A DNA stretch of 63,600 bases, counting the filler, from Saprolegnia diclina VS20 (Eukaryota), in NCBI RefSeq assembly GCF_000281045.1. It is 6 parts of 3 records of this genome, joined end to end, with 100 filler letters (N's around TTAATTAATTAA, not from the genome) between each part and the next. Parts side by side here need not be neighbours in the genome. Positions count along the whole stretch, not along the records: positions 25,121 to 45,119 come from NW_008246073.1; 5 more parts are not named here. One strand, 5' to 3'. Positions 25,077-35,600 of this stretch are shown in pieces (the stretch's first letter is position 1; every line of letters begins with the position of its first letter). Made by a program: the position numbers and the translations under genes. The notes below the pieces were generated by a model. The model was not told the DNA's origin and did no database searches. It saw only the letters and a list, made by a program, of their open reading frames with translations.

Positions 25077-25912
25077 NNNNNNNNNNNNNNNNNNNNNNNN
25101 NNNNNNNNNNNNNNNNNNNNGCTGCCACGACAAGCAATGGCCCACTGTCTTGCCAGCTGCTACAGCACGTCGTTGAGGTTTAGTTAGTCGCAGGCCTTTC
25201 GTAAACCGTCGGCCTGCGCCCTCTCAGCCGAGCCCCAAAGTCTCTGCGAGCCACCAGTTCGGCTCCAACGCTCCGCTAATATACACCGAGCCTGGTCAGC
25301 TTACTTCTTCTTTTGGTTTCTCGACCTCAAGTGCTTCTTGTTTGTTTCTTCCCTCTCGACTAACTCCGAGCACGCTCGTTTTGGGGCCAACAAGAGCATT
25401 TTGGCGCCGGCCAGCCTCTGGAGTGGCGTGGTTGGGAACGCTTTTCATCGAGAGGCCACGGGCGCAAAAGATACGATTCTCGTCCGTGCCTTGGCCACGA
25501 TCACTTGTCCTCGATTCTTCGATACACCCTTCTCACTGGCTCGTCGTTCTGCACAAAAACTGTTTCCACTTCTTGGAATCGTCCCGTCCCTAACGAAACG
25601 CTTCTCACGCGGCCACGGAGCTTGCTATCGCTGTTGCCAGATTGCGTAGCTGTGCGAGGGACGTGCGCGACGAACGCTATTTGCACGGCGAGGATCCACG
25701 ACACAGAACGAGCCGAGCCTTCCCGAGGACGACTTGTGTCGATGCGAACCAAAGACATCCCAGTAGATACCGACATACACAACGTCTAGTTTCACACAAA
25801 ACCCATTGACACGAACGAAAATACATGCACGAAATAATCGCTGTCGCCCCTAAATTTGAATTTCGAGCATTGCATCAAAGGAAGCTTCCAGTATGAGGTC
25901 GCTCTGCAAGTC

Positions 25913-26063
25913 CGTCGTTTCGGCAGCGGAATAACTGGCGAAAGTATAAATTCCAGGGTAGTCCTCGCGTTGATTGGCTGAGCTTTTATTCCATACAAGC
26001 GCAAAATCCGGATAGGAACCGCAAAATTATACTTACGCCAGTTATTCCGCTGACGAAACGACG
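25913..26063. mobile_element. MITE with about 39-bp terminal inverted repeats
   Basis: Left cgtcgtttcggcagcggaataactggcgaaagtataa versus reverse complement of right end cgtcgtttcgtcagcggaataactggcgtaagtataa; absent from the paralogous site near 24860-24880. Confidence 0.88.
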
Positions 26064-26691
26064 CCTAAGAGCGCCATTAGAATCGAGTGGTCGATAGCTT
26101 CAAACGTAGCGTGCGCGTCTTCGTCGTCGACAGGCGACCGCGCTGGTGAGGCCTCGGGAGTGCTGTCTTTCGCCATGCCGGGCGTGTGGTGGCGCCAGCA
26201 GAAGCAACCGGCACGCGCATGGGTCTCACACTTGTCCTTGCGGCNNNNNNNNNNNNNNNNNNNNNNNNNNNNNNNNNNNNNNNNNNNNNNNNNNNNNNNN
26301 NNNNNNNNNNNNNNNNNNNNNNNNNNNNNNNNNNNNNNNNNNNNCCGGCACGCGCATGGGTCTCACACTTGTCCTTGCGGCACCGCCGCCCGCCGCCGTG
26401 GCGAATGCACTTGCCTTTAGTGTGCTGAATGTTGACGCAACCAGGTTCGAGGCAAATTTTCTTCCCCGACTTGGGCCCGTGGCGGCAGCAGTACGCGCCA
26501 ATGCGAGCATTCGCCGAACAGCCCGCATGGATGCAAGGCCGGCGGCCGCCATGGCCGACGCAGAGCTGGCGTGCGTATACTTGGTTGCGGCAGTCGGGTA
26601 CCTTGCAGATGCTGCGGCCTTTGTGGAACTCGCACTTGATCGAGTTCTTGAGGCATTGTTGCGAGCAGCCTTCAAAAATGCACGACGACAT
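26042..26691 (-). CDS. Family A copy 5, C-terminus truncated by the MITE
   Basis: MSSCIFEGC...; the internal gap has duplicated flanks; the frame reads SILMALLG then VVSSAE* inside the MITE TIR. Confidence 0.8.
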
Positions 26692-27357
26692 GATACTCTG
26701 AGATCGGGATGCGGCAAAGGAGGCAAGTTGGCAAATGATAGCCTTGATAGCGACGCCGTCCGTTGCATTGCGACAGCCAATAAAACGGCTGGTCCACACC
26801 AAAATGTATGCTTGTTACGATAAAAACCAGCTGGAACCTGCCTTCAAGAATCGTTCCTTACGTTTACCAAGACAAAGCGGGCCAACAGTGACATCCTTGG
26901 GCTCGAATGGACGACGGGTGTCCACAAGTTGCATGGAGGAGGCGAAAAGATACCCACCAAACTGCAAATGAAAAAAATGTGCGTGTGCAATGCAACGACA
27001 TGGCACGGACGTCAACAAGCGGAAACGAATGTACAGTACCAACGATCCAAACAAGGGATACCAAGTCTTCCCTATGTGTATGCGTTCGAGGGGGGCGCAC
27101 AGGGGCACCGAAGGTGTGACCGACAGCACAAGAAATACATGCACTGTCGTTGCTACGAGCCCACGATTTGCAGCCGAGGAGATGTGCGAGACTGCAATCT
27201 CACAGACAACAGGGTATCAGGCCATGACGAAGCAGCCATCGATGCCAACTGATTCGAGTCCGCACAATTGATTGGTGAGCCAAGGACGACGAGATGGGTT
27301 CGAAGTACGGCAAAGGGTCCCATCCCAGTGGCGAGAGCCTCGAGACCGTGGCATCAC

Positions 27358-27548
27358 CGCGCTGCAGCCGCGCTTGTTGATCCACCATCCACAATGACAC
27401 CAACGTGTCGACTCGGTAACCAGCAGCGCCATCCATGCAAAAATCGACCATTCGCGCTACAGCCGCATTTGTTGACCTACCATCGACAATGACGCCAACG
27501 TGTCGACTCGGTGACCAGCAGTGCCATCCATGCAAAATCGACCATTCG
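27358..27548. repeat. 95-bp tandem duplication (2 copies)
   Basis: caacgtgtcgactcggt at 27401 and 27496; ccatccatgcaaaatcgaccattcg ends both units. Confidence 0.9.
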
Positions 27549-29912
27549 TACCAAAAGCTACGTCCCAACGACAGGAATAATGTTGCGCTGTGAGTACACT
27601 GGTAAATCCAAGACACATATAACTGGCCAAGGTACCACGGTTTCGTACACTTGCAGACAGGCGACTTTTGAGACTCACCTACCAGAGGTGCTTTGGATAC
27701 CGGGTACATTTGTTGCCGGGTTGCTCCTGTTTCAGGGCAAAAGAGGTTTCACTGCCGAGCAACATGTTGCTAGTATAGAGTATTGCTACCTGGTTTATAT
27801 ATTGTTGGGTCTAGTCAGCTTTAGAGCTCGTGGGTGCTCGTCGGTCGAAAGATTGAAGTCCATAATCTTACGATCCACAGTTTACTGTACTTGGATGACG
27901 ACACGTTGCGTTCACCGACGAATCTCTATCATCTTCATCAACGATTGTGTCGCGTCATCCTGGTCGGAGCTTCGATGTGGTACTCAGTACTACTCCTGAA
28001 CGCTGCAATTGTAAAGGGTATGTAGCTTGCCGACGAAACGCTAGTCCTCAAACATAGTACTATGTAGTGATCTGGGTCCCGGGCATCGAGGAAGATGCTC
28101 GGAACGCATCCCTTCGACGCTCTTCACCAACATGTCAACCACAGCAATGAACTTGTGCAAACCCGGTGCCAATACTGGATTAGTAGCAAACTTCTTGCAC
28201 ATCCCTTAACTTACTGATCAATGAGGACAGGCGACATTCTTTGCTATGGACGTTTTGTTACCAGCTGAAGAAAACCAATGGATGGTCGGATGCCACCCAC
28301 AATCCGCATAGAAAGGTGGCACCACCGCGCTTTGGGCTGGGCTCTGAACAACAAAGCATATCGGTAATCGTTGCGCCGCGTGACCATTCAATACTATACT
28401 GTAGTGCCCTGTGCCAAATATGTTGTTATGAATATGGCCCAAGACGCCAACGAGAGAATTATTCATGCACGTTACGAGGGTCAACCCCGTATTTTTTCGG
28501 TCACGGTATGGTCGAGCTTTTTGGTTTAGGTGGGGCATACTACTAAACCAAGGGCGTAAAACGGCGCATGCCAACAAGATAAATTTAACCAATCACCCTC
28601 TCGCGTTTGCACACGAACTCCTGTTGTCGTTCCACAACGCAGCACAAAGGTGATTGCCTTCTCGCTCTGCGCCTGTCGGCCATTGTAGATTCTCTACGCC
28701 TGTCCATCGAATGCGTGAGGTCCAAGCAAATGAAAATTCCGACCCACGACAACACATCAAGTCAACTGCAATACGCAAGTGTGCTTCCTGCAACCACTCA
28801 GAGTATTGAAGTGAGAATGAGGATGAGAGCACCATAGGTGCTCTCATGAGGAGGAGGCGGCGAGGCACGAGGCCGCCGCCTCGGAGGTCCACGGAGACCG
28901 AAAGGTGGAGAACGACATGGACCGTTCCGGACATCATGTTCACACAATTCGGTCAATCCAGAAGTTGGTCGTATTAGTCGAGAGACACTGTCGAGCCTCT
29001 ACGACGTCGACTAAACGACTAGTAGACTGACTAGACTACTAAACGACTAAACCGAGGGAAAAACCTCCAGCAGACCCTGGAGGTGAAAAACCTCGAAGCG
29101 ACCACACACCAAGAACGAGAATGGATGTTGCGCTATCTACGAGCGTGGAGCAGAGATCCGGAGATCGCATATTCCAACACAGAGAGGACCTCATGACGAA
29201 ATAAAGAAATCCTGGGCTCTAGCGTCCACCAAATGTGTGGAAACGGGGCGCTGGGCTCCAATTGCTTTACGACGAGTATACGACTGCGCTTACATTATCC
29301 CAAGACGACGTCATGCGGCTACTGCTCGACGCGAGAGGGTGCTTACGCGTTGTCCCTTGCCTTCTTCTTGGCCGGTGCATTGGCTTGGGACAAGAACCAT
29401 TGACGCAAAATGTACTCTCTACACACAGCAAAAGTGGCTTGCGTGATTTTGCGGCGAAATAAGTACCGCTCTTCTTCGAGCTTGGTGCACCATGTTGCTA
29501 GCGATACCTAATACACGCAGCATATCAGCGCATTGCTCATAACACGAGAAGACGCTGTAGAAGACTACGAACCAGTGCAGCTTCCGAGGTGCGTAGCCNN
29601 NNNNNNNNNNNNNNNNNNNNNNNNNNNNNNNNNNNNNNNNNNNNNNNNNNNNNNNNNNNNNNNNNNNNNNNNNNNNNNNNNNNNNNNNNNNNNNNNNNNN
29701 NNNNNNNNNNNNNNNNNNNNNNNNNNNNNNNNNNNNNNNNNNNNNNNNNNNNNNNNNNNNNNNNNNNNNNNNNNNNNNNNNNNNNNNNNNNNNNNNNNNN
29801 NNNNNNNNNNNNNNNNNNNNNNNNNNNNNNNNNNNNNNNNNNNNNNNNNNNNNNNNNNNNNNNNNAATGGCATCATTGCTCCACTGGGTGTGTGGAAGAA
29901 GGAAGAGGCAGC

Positions 29913-30293
29913 ATGGCAGCGATCCAGACGACGGCCATCGAGGCCATGGACGAAGCGGACGTGTACGAGCTCATGTACCACATGAAGCACTTCTGCGAGA
30001 CCAAGCCCGAGGAGGCAGCGCAGATGCTCAACGAGCACATTGAGTTTGCTCGGGCGCTCGCGCAGGCGCAGCTTCGCCTCGGGATGTATGACGCCCAAGC
30101 CGCCGAAGCTGCGACACAGCCCACGGCGCCGACCAGCAACCAGCGCCCAGTCGAGATGCAGTTGGACCGCGAGCAGCAAGAGCTCCTTGAACAAGTCCAG
30201 AACCTCGCGCCCGAAATCATCCAAGCGCTACCGTTCGAGCAGCGCAAGCAGATCATGGAGCTTCGCGAGGCCATGGGACTGCCGCCCGTCTAG
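29913..30293 (+). CDS. CstF-64/Rna15-like protein with hinge and C-terminal domains; no RRM visible
   Basis: Hinge-like VYELMYHMKHFCETKPEEAAQMLNEHIEFARALAQAQLRLG and C-terminal-like EQQELLEQVQNLAPEIIQALPFEQRKQIMELR; a gap lies 47 nt upstream. Confidence 0.8.
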   Translation: MAAIQTTAIEAMDEADVYELMYHMKHFCETKPEEAAQMLNEHIEFARALAQAQLRLGMYDAQAAEAATQPTAPTSNQRPVEMQLDREQQELLEQVQNLAPEIIQALPFEQRKQIMELREAMGLPPV

Positions 30294-30869
30294 AAGCCAC
30301 GTCGAATGCAATGCCAATACACATATCTATTTGATCGACATGCGCCACCTCGCTTCGCTAAGATCGATCCCACGGCAACGCACCGACTCCTCGCTCCGCT
30401 GTGTTGGCACACCTTGACCAAGGAGCTCTCGACCTACAGCTGCTGCGACCACATCAACTTACAGATGAATGCTACAGGGTATCGATGATCGAGCATCACA
30501 AGAGTGGGTACGCAGCATCGAGATGAGGACATTCGATCAGCTTCTTCATGCAAAGGCATCCCTCATGCATGCGTCGGTGTCGCTTGACGACTGTCCATCT
30601 TCTCTGAGAGACGCTAAGAGAAGGGCTCCTGCTTTGCCTAGAGCCAAGTCCACTGCCTGGCACCAAGACCATGGCCCACACGTCGTGGCCTAGCTGGTGC
30701 TACGTCTCCTCGCGCGGTGGCTGCTTGGCATGTCTAGCTGCTCTTGGTTGTCTGCAACGACTTGGCGTCCTGCCGTCTGGTTGAAGTGGCGAGATTGCAG
30801 GAGCAGACAGCGAATTAAATTAATATGGTCGCAGAGAAATGACGCAAGACCCCAAGGCTCGGATGACAA

Positions 30870-31569
30870 CTACTCGACTTGGCGGTCGCAGCCCTTAACA
30901 TGGCGCCCGACGCTCGTGCGATGCGAGTGCAGTGCGAGGCTCAAGACGGAGCTCGAGAGGCCGAGGCTGCACATGGTGGCATCGCTTACACGGAGGCGCA
31001 GCGCGAGGATGGTCGCAATCGGAAGCTCGAGGAGGTGCTTGAGCGTCGTGGACGCGGACCCGCGCTGGAGCTTGTGGTCCAGCACGACCCCGAGGAGAAT
31101 CGAGACGAGCCACATTGCGTGGCTGTACCGCGAGAGGTGCAGCGCCATGGGCACGCCCTTTATCGCTATTGGCTGCGGGAAAAAGATGGAGAGGTTCTCA
31201 AAGAGGAACATGAAGAAGAACGTGAGCACGCGCGCCTGCCGCAGCCGGCGCACTGTGCTATCGCGGTCGCGCAGCGTCGGGAACAAGACGTACATGTCCA
31301 AGAACCGGAAAAGGCGGTTGGCCTTGCGCGCCGACGCGGTCAACGACTCGATCGTGCGCAGCCAGCGCAGGCCACAGGGCTCGACCGGAGCATCAATATC
31401 CTTTGGGTACACCGAGATGCGCACCGACTTGGCCGAGTACTGGAGGAAGCGGTAGACCTTGGTCCGGCCCTCTACGCCAGCACCAATGGCTCGCAGCTCG
31501 GCGCGCCGAGGGCCTACCTGTCGTTGAGAGCAGGGTCACGACGGCCGCGACGACGCTCGGCGACTCCAT
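30870..31569 (-). CDS. PEX11: Peroxisomal biogenesis factor 11 family protein (2 exons)
   Basis: Removing GT-AG intron 31472-31517 gives LLSTTEGRTKVYRFLQYSAK (PEX11 GRDK..R.LQY motif), followed by SARKANRLFRFLD and hydrophobic segments. Confidence 0.75.
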
Positions 31570-32673
31570 CGATGCTCCGCCCACTTGGCCGTTCCAAACA
31601 CGTCCGTGTCTCGGCGTATCCGGATTTTGAACTATCCGTAATTCCTGCCACCCACCACCTCGTCACAACATCGAAGCTTTCCGCGCCAGCTATAATCAAG
31701 GGTATATAAGAGATGCATCTCTTATGAACCCTTGCTATAATCTATCTATTCGTTTGGGGGTCTCGACAAAGCCTCCGACGGCAGGCGAGGATCAGACGGC
31801 AGGACAGCGTATGATACGCCCAGCTGCAGCGGTATCGTTGGCTCGACAAACGATTTAGCGACTTGAAAGTGAACCGGTGGTACAGCCCAACACCGCATAC
31901 ACGTTCTTTAAGCGGTTGAAGGAGACGTGTCTGACGGAATCTCACGTCCACAGTGCGTCGTTGAGCAGCCGAAGCACGGCCTTCACGACTCCTCGCTTGA
32001 AGGCGTCAAAATTTCATTCTGCTTCCGACGGTGCACTGAGCATGGCCTGACTGGACAGTTGCTCGGTGCGTCGTCAGCTCCTGTACTGTCCAACAACGTC
32101 TCGTGTTGGCGTTCCCAGATGCTGGTCATACACGGCCTCATAGACACGTCAGCACCCAGGCGAGCGCGACTGATCGACGCTAGTGGACATGATAACGTAC
32201 TCGTAGCGCGCCATGCTATGAACAACGTAGCTGTGAAGTAGGAGCTACACGCGACAGCACGCGACATTGCACTTACTCTTCTCGGATCTTGGAGTAGACA
32301 TTGGATGGCGCCATGTATTTGCACAGCAGATGCTCGAACGACGACGACGACGAGCCGCTGACGACCGATAGAGCTCCAACGCTCGCGCGATAGAGCTGCA
32401 AGGGCTGTATACGACCCACACAACGCCACCGCCTTGCTAACGTGCACGACGTCATACTACAGTGGGACTGTGGCGTCGCCATTACGCATGTACCCAGCAC
32501 GAAAGGCGTGTCCAACGCCGGCATGCGTGTCAACCCATTGCCTTAAAGCAGTACAGTACAGCAGTGTCGGCGTGGACATCAACGTGGTTTTGAACAGCGT
32601 ACGAGCTGCACACTACGTTTTAAGGGAATATGGTAACCAGCCTCGCCTCGCTGCCCATTGTGGTTTTGGCGCA

Positions 32674-35600
32674 ATGGGGCACACGATCGCGCTCCTGCGC
32701 AAGAACCTCTGGCTCAAGAAGCGGCACCCGATCGCGACCTTCTTCGAGATCCTCTGTCCGGCGCTCGTCTTCATCGCGATTGTCGTTGTGCGCTCGCGCG
32801 AAGACGGGCATGGCTCCATGTACGTGCCCGGGTGGCAGAACAACACGCTCTTTGGCCGCTACGGCAACGACTATGGCGGAAGCAGCGACTACAACGGCGT
32901 TCGGTTTCGCGAACGCGGCGTCTACTCGATGCTGCAGAACGCACGCTACGTGCCGCGCTCGGTCCAAGACTGCGTCACGAGCCTCGCGCTGAACGGGTCG
33001 GTCGACGCCAACTGCCAAAAGGCGCTCAGTCTCCGGCCCAAGCTCGCCATCGTGCCCGACAACACGTACACGCGGGCGTACCTCGGGGCGACGCTCGCGC
33101 AATGGTACCCGAAGCTCTCGCTGCCAATGAAAAACGCAAAGGGCAATCTCAACCTGACGATCGCGGGCCTCGAGGACTTTCTCATCTATTTCGACTCGGA
33201 GGCGGCGCTCGAGGCGTACGTGACGGCGCCCGACTACGGCCCCAAGGTCGACTATTCGTGGTGGTCGTCCAGCTACGGCGAAGATAAGAACGCGACGTAC
33301 AACCCAACGCTTGTCGGCGCGATCGTCTTCAACAAAATGCCGTCCGAGGACCAGATCGGCACAGCGACCGACATTGAGTACACGCTGCGCTTTCCGCGCG
33401 CCAACGACGACAGCTACTACCAATCGACGCAGAAGACAACAAGCGCCCCGGCGACCTTGCGCCGGTACGACCCGCTCTCAGTTGACTTTTACAACAGAGA
33501 GATGGCGGCCTACACGACGCAAGGCTTTGCGACGCTGGATACGATGCTCACGCGCGTCCTCAACTGCCGGCCCGTGTGGGACGCGGCGAATAAGCGCACC
33601 AACGGCACGTGCAGTGTCACCGCCTCGACCGCGACGGCTATGGCCGACAGTGCGCTGCGTGCGGTCGCCACGGCCGACGTCCAAAGCCTCATCGGGGCTC
33701 TTCCGCTCGACTACGACATGGCGCGCAATTTGAGCGCCGCGGAGGCCGCGTTCTCACCCGAGGTGCTAGCGGCGCTGCTGCGTCCGCTGCGCCAGGCGCC
33801 GCAGCCGTTCTTGGGCGGCGTCACCGACACGTTTCCGACCGGTGTCTATGGCTACGACTACTTTCTCCAGCCGGGCCAGATTGCGGACCTTGGCATCTGC
33901 CTCGGCGCGGTTGTCTTTAGCGTCCTTCTTCTCGGCAATGTCGTCGGCGCCTTTGTGCTCGAAAAGGAGACGCGGACGCGCGAGTTTATGCAGGCGCTGG
34001 GTCTTCGGCCGTCGGCGCTCGTGCTCTCGTGGTTCCTCTTGTACGCGGTGATTGTAGCGTTGATTGCACTCGTTCAGACGCTCCTCGCAGTCTACGGCAA
34101 CCTCTTTCGCCACTCGAGCGCGCTCTGTGTCTTTGGCCTCTTGTTTGCATTTGGGCTGACGTTGATTGGCTTTGGCTTTTGCGCGTCGACGCTCTTTACG
34201 TCGGCCAAGACGGCCACGTACACGACGCAGCTCGTGTTTCTGCTGCTCTCGATCGTCGCGTTTGCGCTCTCGGACGAAATGTCGGAAGCGACCAAGACGG
34301 CCGCGTGCCTCCTCCCGCCGACTGCGGTCGTCCTCGGCCTCCAAGTGATCATCAAGGCCGAGTTCTACACGCGCGGCATTACGCTCGCCAACGCCGGCGC
34401 GCTCCAAGCCAACCGCATCCGCTTTTCGACCACGGTGGCCATGCTCTTCCTCGATGCGATCTGGCTCACGCTGCTCGGGCTGTACCTCGATGGCGTCACG
34501 AACGGCCAGGCGTGGTACTTTCCACTGCAGCCGTCGTACTGGCGGGCGCCGACATTGACGGCCAACTCGCAAGAGTCGACCGAGAGAGCCCACGACAGCG
34601 CGGATATCGAAGCTCCCGAGCACCACTTGGCGCAGCAAGAAAAAGACGGTCGCGCACTCGTCGTGACGCGGTTGCACAAGACGTTTGGGCCGCACGTGGC
34701 CGTCGACAACTTGAGCTTGACGTTCTACGAAGGCCAGATCACGTGTCTTCTCGGGCACAACGGCGCTGGCAAGACGACAGCCATCTCGATGCTCACGGGC
34801 ATGCTGCGCCCGACGGCCGGCGACGCGACCGTCCACGGCCTCTCGCTCTCCAAGGACCTTCGATCGATTCAGCGCTCGATGGGCGTGTGCCCTCAGCACA
34901 ACATTTTGTACGACGACCTCACCGTCTCGGAGCACCTTCGCTTCTACGCGGCCATCAAGGGCGTCGCGGACGTTGCGGCCGCGGTCACTGCGACGCTGGC
35001 CGAAGTCGATCTCGTCGACAAGGCCAAGGACAAGGTCAAGGCACTCTCCGGTGGCATGAAGCGCAAGCTCTCGGTGGGTATCGCACTCCTCGGCAACAGC
35101 AGTGTCGTCTTCCTCGACGAACCCACGTCGGGCATGGACCCGTACTCGCGCCGCAGTGTCTGGTATGTGACATTTTCAGAAAGGGGTAGGGTACTCAAAG
35201 TGCGACTAGGGAGCTGCTGTTACGCAACCGGTCCAAGCGCATTATGATTCTGACCACGCACTACATGGAAGAAGCCGACGTGCTCGGCGACCGCATCGCC
35301 ATCATGGCCAACGGCGCGCTCCAGTGCGTCGGGTCGGCGCTTTTCTTGAAGAATCGGTTTGGCGCTGGCTACACGCTGACGCTGGTCAAGGCCGACGCCA
35401 GCAGCGCCATGGACGCCGTGTCGAGCCTCATTATGACGCACGTACCGTCGGCCCTCCTCACGTCCAACGTTGCGTCCGAAGTGTCGTTCCAGCTGCCGAC
35501 GCACGCCACGTCGTCGTTCCCGGACCTCTTTGCTGCGCTCGACGACGACCTCGCTTCGTACGGCCTCACGTCGTACGGTATTTCCGTCACGACGCTGGAA

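Noticed and set aside
26245..26344. 100-N gap apparently interrupting family-A copy 5
   Set aside because: The same 37 nt (ccggcacgcgcatgggtctcacacttgtccttgcggc) flank both sides, so this is an unmerged overlap, not an extra finger or insertion.
27358..27548. CRISPR-like or other prokaryotic arrays
   Set aside because: Eukaryotic context; repeats are plain tandem duplications without unique spacers, and no cas genes, tRNA or rRNA were recognised.
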